Origin: Bispira polyomma
Lineage: Eukaryota
Assembly (NCBI GenBank): GCA_965649765.1
Contig: OZ287752.1
Location: 11,966,001-12,030,000, forward strand
Length of the DNA stretch: 64,000 nt
Direction of reading: 5' to 3'
Below are positions 1 to 11,985 of this stretch, piece by piece. The notes under the pieces are model-generated. The model made no database searches, was not told the DNA's origin, and worked only from the letters and a program-made list of their open reading frames with translations. Positions within the stretch are counted from its first letter, which is position 1. Each line of letters begins with the position of its first letter. The translations under genes were made by a program, and so were the position numbers.

Positions 1-149
1 ATCATTTAGTAAAGTTAAAATGAGAGTTTTTTAATATAATTTTACTTCATACTTAGATTTGCAATGTTTGTAAACATACAGTCTCATTTTACTTATAACA
101 TTATAAGTGTTAGTTGGGCCTATAAAATTTGAACTAATATAAACGTCCT

Positions 150-392
150 CAAGGATATTTAGCCTGCAACTGTGGATTGGGTCACTGACAGAGCCAACAT
201 TTCAGGGGTCATGCAAGCCACTAAGCAAATGTGTGCACATTTTTGCCCAATAATATTAAGCCACCAATTAAACTGACAGAGATTAGCAGAAGTCGAATCA
301 GGGACATTCCAATGACCAAACCAACCTCCTAACTGGCCATAAAACCGGTGATCTTCTGATCACCAGACCAACTCTCTAACCACTACAACATG
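150..392 (-). mobile_element. Degenerate tRNA-derived SINE
   Basis: Minus strand begins with an A-box-like TAGTGGTTAGAG; its tail resembles that of the SINE at 30.6 kb. Confidence 0.4.
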
Positions 393-3300
393 ATATACTA
401 CCAAAAGTCCTTGGGTCTACAGTTTACTACAGTCTCTATTAAATTCTAGAATTTCTAGAATTGCACAGAATTATAACTTCAGTTCAATTCAGGCGTACAA
501 ATTTAATGACAAGAAAAAAAAAAAAAAATAAAATAAAACAATTTAAAAAAAAAAAAGAAAAAAAAAAAACAACAACAAAATTAAAATTTCATTTTATTCT
601 GTTTGTTTCAGTAGTAACATTGATTCATGTCATTAATTAATTATTGTTTTGGTACTCCCCAATTACCCAATTAAAGAAAAATATTATGTCGTTGCACCAA
701 ACGTCCCCCCACCCATCCCCCCACACGAATTGAATTTTTGGTAGGACAAAAACCATTCTAATATATTGGTTAAATTTGAGAGTGCCAAATGAAAAATCCT
801 GGCTACTCCCCCTGAAGTCTGAACAACACACAGATGCAATGAAGATTTGTCGGCAACTCTTATTTAAACATCTCAGGAAAGGACTGCCAATAGATGTTGC
901 CATCTCCATGGGGACTGGGCCTTCTGAACAGACAGTAGCTGAGACTGTTCATTAGTTCCCTCTTTACGAAGTTAAATTCTTGTTGTGGCTGTAGTTTTAA
1001 CTTAAGTATTTTAAGGTTTTTATTTGTTTTAGTCCAGACAATTTTTGTGCACGTATGGTTAGGGTTATTTTCAGAGTAATTGGTCATGTTAATTTCATAT
1101 CTATACATGTAATTTTCAAGATAAGGTCACATTGTAGTGGTAATTATAGTGGTAATGCAAATTTAACTATAAAGCATCTGTAAGCTGTATAATTGTGAAC
1201 CTTGTGTGAAAATGAATAGCAGTAGTATGTAGTAGTACCTAACATTATATGTTACCTGTTTTGTTTTATATATGTTTGACTAGGCGAGATTGAAATTTTG
1301 ATTCTGCCTAGGCAAGATTAAAATGCTCATGCTAATTTTAATCTTGCCTAGTTTACAGTGAAATTTTGATTTTACCTAGGCGGATATATAATTTATAATA
1401 ATAGTAATTATATTAATTATTTACATCAGTCTTCCAGCAGTATATTAGCTGATTACTTATAATAGTTTCAATCTTAAAGTGGTTGTGACATTAGAATTTT
1501 AAAATCAGATCCATCAGCACAACGAGTTCCCTTAGACTAATGGAGACATGCTAAAATCTAAGTAGACCTCCTGGGTGATAATGAACTTGTCTTCTCTTCT
1601 TCTTGTCAAGAGATGCTGTGGTTGAAGAATGCTGTAGAATTGTTCCTTCTGATTCATGATTAAACAATGACAGATAATCTTGTGACTAGATGTGCAAAGT
1701 CAAAGAATAGCTAGGCAGCTTTTTACTCAGCTTTTATATGATTCCTGACAAGGCAGATAGATACACGTACTTCACAAGGCTCAAAACAATGCGATAGATT
1801 TACCTATACAATCTGTGAGACTTTCCCCGGCCAAATGAATGTACTGAATCTTTAATATGTTTGGTGTAAATATCAATCTTGGAAGGGTTAAATTTAGTTT
1901 GTATTAAGTTTAACTGTTTACACTGGTTTGAGCATGTGTCTTTACACCACTGCCTTTGTAAACATAAAATATCCAACAGTACACTTCTATATTGTCTTTT
2001 TCAAGCCTTTATTGTGTTTCTTTACCAAAAATATTATGATCACTCATTGTTGTTTGTTAACTTCAATGACACTTTTAAACGAAAAAAAAACAACCCAACT
2101 GGATCTTTTTTCTAACATCAGAGGAAAAATGGAAGCATGAAATATTTAAATGCATGTAATTATAATTTCAAACATATTAATGTTTGGTTAAGTGTGAATA
2201 TTGTATATGTCTTCGTAATACATTGCAATAAGTTTTAATGAAAAGTCAGTCACAATATTGTATTGAGCTTTCTCCTATTTTGGATAAAGTAAAAAAAACA
2301 AACAAGAAAATTAGTTACGATTGCAGAAAATTTTACATGTATTACATGTTATATCAAAACTTGTATGTTTTTAGACTATATAAATACAGTTGCTATGAGG
2401 CACGTATCCTGAATGGGGCAAATCATGCTTGTAAGGAAATTCACAGGAAATATTTACTTACAGTAAACTTTCTAAAAATAATATAAACTTCGTTTGGCAT
2501 ATGTAAAATCATCAAAATCCACATGTTTACAATGAATTAGTGAGTGTATTAATTCTAAGTAACATTTATAACAATATAATATAGCTAGAACGATACTCCA
2601 TTAAATAAGGCAAATACAAATTATACTAATTTGAGTTACATGTTTCAGAAAAGATGGTTATTTATATGCCGAAGGATACAGTAATCTTACTCGCGCCAAA
2701 GGGTCTTTCGCAAATATGTTGAGCAAAGATATATTAAGTATAATATTTGAATGGCAGTAGGGACTTACTTCCCCCACTTCTTGGTGTATGGTATACTTTT
2801 AATACTTCATTTTATTAATACATTGTAACCATGAATAGACCCACTTGACATTAGAGTCGTGTTGTGGATATATTTTACCATTTTCAAACTTCCTTGTTGG
2901 AATATTACATAAATGAAAAAAATATACCTTATTTAAAATACTGCACAGTGAAAATTTTTAACATATTACACCCAAAAATTACCAATTTCAGAGAAAAGGA
3001 TGTTGAATATGGATCTTAACTGTGGATCTAACTATTTGGGAATGAATTGGCGTTATAATATGATCATATTAAGAAAATAAATAATTTTTTAAAATTAGTT
3101 TTTACTTGCCTCTTATAGTAGCTATATTTTATCATGAAGCATTATGACCATTTTAAAGTAAGTATGCTGAATATATATATATACCCTAAGGGCATACAAA
3201 ATTACATATTACATTACAAAAAAAAAACAAATAATTACTCCCATAGAGCAAAATCAATCTGGTGAGCAAGGTTACTTTAGGAGCCTGCTACTTCAGTCCA

Positions 3301-3572
3301 CAACACCTTAATGTTATTTCTACCTTAAAAATGTAACATTACAACACCAAATTTTTAACACCATCCTACGTATAAGCCAATCAGAGAGATGAAAATTCCC
3401 ACCGTTCTAAGTTCCAGTATGTTCAGACATCCATATTGCATTATCAGATTCAAGCACAAACAAGTATTTTTATTTTTTTGCAAACTTGATTTTACGACGG
3501 GTTTTTAATGTTACATTTTATTGATTCATCATACTGTGTATATTACAAGTGTACAAGTGGTCAACTGTGAAA

Positions 3573-4690
3573 ATGGCGAGAGTTCAGAAAACTCATACAC
3601 GCAAGACAAAGAAACCCACGACAAGGAAATCTACAAAAGCACAGGTATTAGGTTCTTTGTTCACTGAACGTCAAGTCACACAGCTAACTCCACATTACCC
3701 ATTCCGACCCCTGATACTAGTGTACTGGCTCCAAGTTCCAGTATTGCAGCCCCTCTTGTGTCAATGAGTCTTAGTGTTCAACACCCGAACGCACCTTGGG
3801 GAGAGCAGCCCAGCGAGATGCTTGCCATCTTAAGACGTCTGGAAATGTCTAATATTGCACTGTCCGAACACATCAACAGGGTAGAAGCTAGAAAAACCAC
3901 TCCGGCTACTTCGGGTGTTTCTTCAACTATGGCTCCACTACAGTTGCCTCTTTTTGGCCAGGGAAGGGCTCCACTCTCGCCTCCTGGGCAGTTGCCAAGT
4001 CATCACAGATTAGGGGCTACGTATATGCCACCTCAGCTACCTCTGACCAGGCAGGAGACGGCTCCACTTCCGATTACCGGACAGTTCCCAGGTCACTATG
4101 GTGTAGGGGCTATGAACATGCCCACGCAGTGGGACTATTCACAGGATGGGATTGTTTCCAACATTGATGTTCTGAGGGTCATGCCCACTGTTCAGTCGGC
4201 TGTATCGCGACAACCAGCCAAGTATGAATCACTAGCACAGAGACAGTTACTTCAAGGTAAGCTCACTTCACGCATTAAGTCAGGCAGATTCAACACACAG
4301 ACTTTACCACAATTGATGCTTGGTTCAGGTGACCCAACGAGGGATGAGTAGCAACTTGGCACGGAAACGTCCAACTTATGATGATCTTACGTTACGTCAA
4401 TTTGCAGCAGGGCAGATATCAAACACGCTGCAGGTCAATGACAACGCTATACTTAGGGACATGTTAAATCAACTGGTCTTTGCTTTAAGGGATGCTGCAT
4501 CCCTCCCATGGCCCGTGGTGAGAACGGCCTGGTCTCTTAATATGCAGGAAATTGAAGAAGTTAGGCTGTCATGGCAGGATAGCACCAATTGGGCAATCAA
4601 CAGATTGAACGCCTTGCAGTTACACAGTCTTCGAATGCAACTTCTAGTAGCAGTGATAACAAGGTAACATGTAAACTATATAACAATGGA
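3573..4690 (+). pseudogene. Gag-like ORF of YR element 1 (frameshifted, cut in the zinc-finger region)
   Basis: QGK..KSGRFN, YDDLTLRQFAAGQ, ASLPWPVVRTAW and WAINRLN are shared with elements 2 and 4; ends at KVTCKLYNNG. Confidence 0.8.
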
Positions 4691-4746
4691 AAGTATATAA
4701 GGGTATAAATACACTTGGGTAAGGGTGTGATAAGAGGGCATACAAC

Positions 4747-5604
4747 TCACACAAACATATTGATGCCTGCAGGGTGTAGGGTAGGGAAGGCCCAGATAAA
4801 ATATAATTCCTGGCGTCTGTGCCTGTCTGGGCAATCTGGGTTGGTGTCCTTCCCAAACCATTGAATAATGCTGAACTCCATGTGTTTCACTAAATGATTG
4901 TTTTGTGAAAAATGTCTGGAGACAGGTGTAGAGTTTTGTAACTTTGAGTTTTGAACACTTCTGTAGTGTTCATTCATTCTATTTTTGAATGGTCGTTTTG
5001 TTTCTCCAATGTATTGGAGACCACATTTAGCACAATTAATAATGTATATGACATTATTTAATTCACAAGTGAGTCTATTTCTGGGAGGAATGTTGATGCA
5101 TGATACTTCACCATATTTCTGGTTGAGGTCTTCCACATACTGAAGTGTAAGTTCTTTTTTACATTTGTTTACACTTTCAGTCCACTTTGTCTTGAAGACT
5201 TCAGATGTGGAGACTGGGGTTGAACATTTAAAGTTACAATGAGAAGTAAACTTCCCACTCTTCAAACTGTCTTTGATGAAGTGAATATTTGATGCAATAT
5301 TCAGCTTCTTTTTAAACAGATTTTTGGCCTTCAAATATAGTGGTTTGGTTTCAGGAGGATAGTTGTCACGACTAAGGCTTCTACCCTCAGTGGATGGTGA
5401 TGAGATTCTTTTTCTCTTTGCACTCTTAACCTTTAGGTCAACTTTGGCCAACTGTTTGGATGCCTCATCTAGTAGTGACAGGGTCTCATTGCTCATCTTG
5501 GTGGTGGGCATTGGGGTACCTGTGTCTGGAGTGTTGAATGCTGTATTCGAGTCCACTTGTAGGTGGTGAATTGCAGAGCTCAGGGCAGTATCACTCACAC
5601 TCAT
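4747..5604 (-). CDS. PLE N-terminal region fused in frame to a GIY-YIG endonuclease, no RT domain
   Basis: TCELNNVIYIINCAKCGLQYIGETKRPFKNRMNEH...PVSRHF...ELYFIW...LHPAGIN is typical of PLE GIY-YIG; uninterrupted 285-aa ORF. Confidence 0.85.
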   Translation of the reverse strand: MSVSDTALSSAIHHLQVDSNTAFNTPDTGTPMPTTKMSNETLSLLDEASKQLAKVDLKVKSAKRKRISSPSTEGRSLSRDNYPPETKPLYLKAKNLFKKKLNIASNIHFIKDSLKSGKFTSHCNFKCSTPVSTSEVFKTKWTESVNKCKKELTLQYVEDLNQKYGEVSCINIPPRNRLTCELNNVIYIINCAKCGLQYIGETKRPFKNRMNEHYRSVQNSKLQNSTPVSRHFSQNNHLVKHMEFSIIQWFGKDTNPDCPDRHRRQELYFIWAFPTLHPAGINMFV

Positions 5605-5673
5605 ATTTACCCAATAGAATAAAGTATAAAGTATATTTGTGTGTGAGAAAGGATTTGTGTTGCTCCAACAAAT

Positions 5674-5740
5674 GCCTAATATATAATGCTTATCACAAGT
5701 ATATATTTCGATTACTCTTTTGGATAATCTCCTCAGAGGC
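5674..5740 (-). ncRNA. Minimal type I hammerhead ribozyme
   Basis: Minus strand: GCCU-CUGAGGA-GAUUAU(ccaaaaga)GUAAUC-GAAA-UAUAUA(loop)UAUAUA-UU-AGGC; complete core, stems I-III, AUU cleavage triplet; located upstream of a PLE ORF as expected. Confidence 0.88.
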
Positions 5741-5899
5741 TGATTTTTTGATTTACAATTTTTACAATACCACTGGCAAGTATATATACTGTCCTATACA
5801 ATTCACACCTAATGGTGCTTTGCACATTGTTGGAACATTTGAGGTAATCATCAGTGATCATAACAAGGAATGCAGTTGACATTAATGGTAAAACAAGAC

Positions 5900-6453
5900 A
5901 GTAGGTTTTCTTGCTTTATTTTCTTCAGATTTTGACTTTTGTGGCCCAGATAGAGAGCCTGTCAATATAACCACAGTTGAAGAAATTTCAAAAGTGGCTC
6001 AGATCATTAGTAATACTGGTCTCCCCAAATATAGGAAAGGCAGAATACCATTAAGTTCTGGTTTGAACATAGGGGCTTGGAAAAAATTTTCAAAAAATTT
6101 CCCAGATAAACTTTTATTGCAATATTTGACTTATGGTTTTTCTTTCTCATTGAGTGAACCAGATCTAATTAAGAATGACAAAGTTAAGAATCACTTATCT
6201 GCACTGCAGTATCCACAGGCAGTTGAGAAATATTTGGATGAGGAAAAAACTTTAGAGGCCATGCTGGGCCCAGAATCAGCAATTAGTACACCTCACTATT
6301 ACTGTTCTCCATTGCTCACTAGGCCTAAGGATACCACCAAACGTAGGGTTATACTAAATTTATCTCACCCCTAGAGTTCATTTTAAAATTTCCCACGATT
6401 GATGACATCACACGTGCCTTGCAACAAACTGAGAACGCAGTCCTATTTAAAGT
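5900..6453 (+). pseudogene. Pol/RT N-terminal part of YR element 1
   Basis: LLQYLTYGF, NHLSALQYP, HYYCSPLLTRPKDTTKRRVILNLSHP; frame continues after the LINE at 13881 (KFDVVRAFRNL). Confidence 0.85.
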
Positions 6454-6751
6454 GTTTTTTTTTATTGTTCTTTTTGGTTTACATATATACAAGTCAAAAA
6501 TACGACACAAATTCAACCTTATTGAGAAAACACATTCAATATAATCACTTAATTACCAATTTTCTATAGTCATTTAGTAGTAATTACATTCGAAAAGAGC
6601 AAAACATCAAATTACCTAGGTACATCTATAAACACACGTACTTATATTTATATATACAGGCAAAAAAACAATACTCTTACACATGTACAACAGTTCTTCT
6701 AATTTTAGGTCTATAAAGGGTTTACAATACAATACATTATTATACCACTAA

Positions 6752-9700
6752 TTATAATTCTAAAAAGATAGCATGCCATGTCAACCATTTCCTTTTAAAT
6801 CCTTCGTATGTATTATTAACTTTTGACAACATCTCCTGTTCAAAATATTTTGTTTCAGCAATTTTTTGTAAATGATATATGTTAAAATCTCTGTTTTTTT
6901 GGGCATTTGTAAAAATATAATGTCTCGTAATTGTTAAGATAAAATTTAGTGGCCAAAAGTTTTGATCTTGTTCTAAAGTACCTAATATTTTGACTGATTT
7001 TTTCATATGGACTTTAATTCCGAGTTTGATTTAATCCAGGATATTACATTATTCCATAACATGTTTGATTTGATGCACTCCGAAAATAAGTGTACCATTG
7101 ATTCAGTATTCTGATTACACAGCCTACATCGATCACTATTAGACAGTTTTATTTTAAATAACAATTCTTTTGTCCCTAAAATTCTATGTAAAATTCGGTA
7201 TTGAAACCATATAAATCCATTATCATTTATAGTATAAAAACAAACTTTATATATTATTTTCCATATGTTTGGAATTTCTTCAATATTTAAAACTAAGCGC
7301 CATTTTGTTTCATTTTTTGGTAAATTGTCACATGATTCTTGCATTTTTAAATAAATATTTTTACTTCCGGTATGGGAGTTTACTAAAATTCTTATATGCA
7401 ATGGAATATATGGTCTTAAAAAAGGACAGACAATATTTTTCGCACTTTGCAGTAAAACTGGCTGAACAAAACGTTTTACCGTAAAGTAGTTAAGAATATT
7501 CACTGGAAAGTTATACCGAAACTTGATCTCTTCCAAGGTTAAGATGCAGCCTTCTAAGTTTACAATATCTCCAATAACATGAATACCATGCTTAAACCAA
7601 TCTGGAAAGAAAAGTTTATCCATACCAATATGGCTATTGAACCAAATACTGCTGCAGTATATGTCTTTAGTAGTGTGAACTTTTGAAGTTCTCTAAAATA
7701 AGTAAGAACTATTTTCCAAAAGGGACCACTCACCCCCTAGAGTAAATAATTTTGTTAGATCTCCAGCTACATGTTTAAGGAGGATAAACCAGTTTTTTCT
7801 TCTTACTGAAATCATACGCTTTATCCAACTTACTTTCAAAGATTTTTCAAAATTATATATATTAACCATGCTGAGCCCCCCCTGTAAATTATTTTTACAC
7901 AGTTGTTTTCTGTTTATCTTGTCTGGTTTCCCATCCCATATATATTTAAATAAGAGATTGTTGATGTCATTGAGAATCTTAACTGGTGTTGGGATTGATA
8001 AAGTGGATAAATTTTGATAATATTATTGTCTTAATAATTGTGATTTTTCCAGTCGGTGTCAGGTATCTGAATCTCCATGATTGGAGTGTGTGTTGGGCTC
8101 TTGTCAATGCTTTCTCATAGTTCAAACTTGGTATTTCAGACAAATCACATGAAAATTTTATTCCTAAAAGATTAAACTTAGAGTCTCCCCAGTGTAGTTT
8201 TGATGTAACTTTCAATTTTTCTTTTGAGCCAATTTTACTACCAATCCAGACAAGTTGAGTTTTTTCAGTATTCATTTTTAGGCCCGACAAATTACCAAAA
8301 ATTTCTAAAACATTCAAAGTTGCCTGCAAAGAATCTACATTGCCATCTAAAATCATTGTTATGTCATCTGCAAATTGTGTGAGCTTAAAAATCTCTTTTC
8401 TAATTTGGAGGCCCTTAATTTTTGAAGATTTCTGAATGAGAAAGCTTAATATTTCGGCTACCAAAAAAAAAAGATACGGAGCAATTGGGTCTCCTTGTCT
8501 ACAGCCCCTTTCTACCGGTATTGGATTAGATAAAACTCCACATTGTATTACGTATGCATTTATATCTCTGTTAACAAGTTTTATCCAGTTAATGAAATTT
8601 TCACAGAAACCAAAATAATTGAGTACTTTATAGAGGAAAGCCCATGAGACAGAATCAAATGCTTTCTCAAAATCAATTAGCATTAATAGTCCTGGAATTT
8701 TATTTTCTTCTGTATAGTTCATTAAATCATATATAAGTCTAGTATTTTCGCCTATGCATGTGCCACTTATGAAGCCAGATTGGTTTGGAGAGATAATATC
8801 CGCTAAAAGTGGTTTTAATCTTTCGGCTATAGAGGCAGAAGCTAGCTTATAGATAACACACAATAGCGATATAGGGCGCCAGTTTTTTAAAAGTTTTTGA
8901 TCCTTATCACCCTTTGGTATACAGGTTATGATATTCTGTCTCATTGAGATAGTTAAAAGGCCTTTGGAGTAGCACAGATTTATAGCATTAGTTATGTAAT
9001 ATTTTAATTTACACCAAAACACTTTTAAAAAGTCAGCTGAAATACCATCGATTCCAGGTGACTTATTATTTTTCATTTTTTTAAGTGCATTGCTTAGTTC
9101 CATGACCGACAAAGCATTTCCTAGTTCTAGCTTTGGAATTTGTTTCAGTCCGGCAAGATCAATTTCCTTACTCGAATTATATTCATCAAGCGCATTGTCC
9201 CTACTTTTGAAGAGATTACGATAAAAAATTTCAATTTCTTCAAATATTTGCTTTTGATCTGTAACAATAGAGCCATTCTTATTTTGCAGTTTTCTTATTG
9301 TTTTTTCAGTAAAATGTTTACTTTCCAATTTACAAAAGAAGGAGGTTGGCTTTTCCCCTTCATTAAGCCACTGTATTCTAGCTCGAGTCATGTATCCTTT
9401 TATTTTTTCTTTTCTAATATTTTCCAATTCTGTTCGCTTGTCATCCAATAAAGTTGTACTATTCTGGTTCATTGGATTACTTTCTAGAATGGCTATGTCA
9501 TTCATTAAATGTTTCTCAAGCAAATTTTGTTTCTTTTTAAAATTTGTTGCAAATTTTATTGTTTCGCCTCGAAATCTTAAGAACAACATTTCTAAGAAAC
9601 TATCGTCGTCAATAGAAAACTTAATGTTATTATTATTTATTTTTAAGTAGTCCAAATTATAAACAGGTAAAGCATATTTTAATTTCTCTTCCTCAATAAC

Positions 9701-10504
9701 TGTGTTGATCAGATTTAAATATTCTTTCTTATTCAAATAGCTATTGTTAAATTTCCATATACCACAGCCATTTTTGAAATTACAAGTATTTAGCTGCAAT
9801 TCTACAATAGAATGATCTGATTTATAGCTCGGTTTTATAACACATGATTCAACAATGTCAGTCATGGAATTCGATATTAAAAAGTAATCTAGTCTTGCTT
9901 GTTTTATCGGAGTTTTTTTTCTCCATGAAAATCGTTTAGCATCAGGATTTAAATATCGAAATATATCCACTAAATTTATTTCATTTAACATATCTATGAC
10001 TTTAGTTCTGGCTTGGGGGTTATTTATATTGACATAATTGTAACAATCTTTTATAGGGTCCATAACAAGGTTAAAGTCGACACAGATTACAACATAGTCA
10101 GCTTCATCATTTTTAGCCAATTGCAAGATTTTGCTAAAAAATTCTGGACTATCCTTATTTGGAGCATAAATATTGATAAGATTTAATTTCATTGTGCCAC
10201 ATGTAATAAGTAATTGCAAAATATTTCACTCTTTGTCCTTGTTCACTTCAGTTATCTTATACTCAAAATTGTTGTTTAGCAAGATTAAGACACCACGGGA
10301 GTTGGTTTTTGTTCCATTAAAATAGCAGTCATGTCAAACTTGTTTCAAAGAGGTCATATCGCTTTCCAGGAGGTGGGTATCCTGCAGACATACAATAGAG
10401 GCATTTGTTTCTTTCAGGTAATTTAGAACATCAATTCTCTTTCTAAAGTTGCGAAGCCCTTGACAATTTGCAGACAACACTTTAATGTTAGATAGATTCT
10501 TCAT
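6752..10504 (-). pseudogene. LINE ORF2: AP endonuclease, reverse transcriptase and C-terminal zinc finger, several frameshifts
   Basis: Starts MKNLSNIKVLSANCQGLR..CLQDTH at 10504; RLDYFL, SDH; KSPGIDG, NWRPISLL, LIDFEKAFDSV, GCRQGDPIAP, QFADD; CRLC..ESMVHLFSEC. Confidence 0.93.
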
Positions 10505-11985
10505 ATTGAATTTTAAATTTCACTTGCAGACAACCAAAATTTTTAATGTTTAGCAGATGTACAACAATGTTCAAACATACCAAAAATATAACGGTACTCC
10601 TTAAAACTTTATCGTGAAAATCGATAAGTGAATGTTTGAAAATCATGTTATGTGAATAACAACAACACTTACTATATTTTTCATGAATCTGTGTCAACAT
10701 ATCTACAAAAATATACAAAATGACATACACACTACAGAAAACACATATATGTACAATCCACCTTTTGGTGGCAAGTTTCATTTTTATGAAACAAGAAAAA
10801 CAAAAGGGGAACTATATACAGTTAGAGTCTACAATATGCACTCAAAGCTATTTAGTATTACAATTAAAGAGGACTGTCTAATGTTAATAATTATTACACA
10901 CAATCTACGTGCTGCAAGAAATAACAATAGCTGTTAGTTTATAGCTGTTTACAACCCTATACTAGTAATAACTATACAACATATAGTGTTGAAATATTTT
11001 TTACTCACAGTGTTTGTCACTGTAATATATATTTAATTTATAGTTGTTTATTCTGAGTGTAATACAGCTGCAGCAAAACTTGTTATTTAACAGATAATAT
11101 GATGCAATAAAACTATAGCCACTGTTTGCCACCAAATGTCATATTACTAAGTTAAAGTTGTCATTCAAATTCAATATGTATTGCAAAAAACATACAGAAG
11201 AAAAAATGAGACAATAAAGTGTTAATAACAGCTAAGAATTTTAGGACTGTACTAAATAACTAATCCCTGAATTCATATTCATAGTAAGTTTCAATTTTTC
11301 AAAATGTAATTTTACCACATCTTTTAACAAAGGTACATCATCAAAGATAATGACATGAAATAATCATGTGTAAAAGTCAATAAATGTGATTTATTAATAC
11401 GATAATATTTGCAATATGTGCTAAAAAAAGTAACACAGATTGTGACTTTAGCACAGTGCTACATCCTCAGGACCGTCATACAGCCACTGTTAATATTAGT
11501 GGTAATTATGTTTAACAATTTACAATATGTGTTTGTGGATAAGGTCAGTCTGTTTCGTTTAATAATAATCGTTATATCACAGAAATTGTGATGCAGTATA
11601 AGATAATCATATGGCTATAAATTGTAATTATATGTTTTAACATATTATATTATCATGCTGTCTTCCGACTGTCATTAAGATTGATAATACATTCATCATT
11701 GAAATATATTCGTAAGACAAACATAATAATTATCACTTTTCAAATATATAATTGGACTACCCCTTAAGGCAGTCGTACATTTGTTGGTAAATTTCTTATG
11801 TGAGGAACAATTGTGGTAAACAAATCAGCTAACCATATGTTAAGCAATTTAACTCTAATTAGACAAAAATAAACAGCTACAAATAGACAGTAGTACTTAA
11901 GTAATTGAATTACAGCCAATAAGGTAAAGTATTACTGACATATAATATGCCATCTGGACAGATTAAGTTAGTATCATAGTATAGG

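Larger units (their letters stand above)
4691..5786 (-). mobile_element. RT-less Penelope-like element nested in YR element 1
   Basis: GIY-YIG ORF plus upstream hammerhead ribozyme; 9-nt AAGTATATA at both ends (4691-4699, 5778-5786); boundaries approximate. Confidence 0.8.

Noticed and set aside
637-1108. Two overlapping minus-strand ORFs, possibly a decayed coding fragment
   Set aside because: No motif I could recognise; cannot be assigned without a search
1879-2486. Short AT-rich ORFs here and many similar ones in the ORF track
   Set aside because: Low-complexity intergenic/intronic or antisense-to-transposon frames with no motifs or splice support
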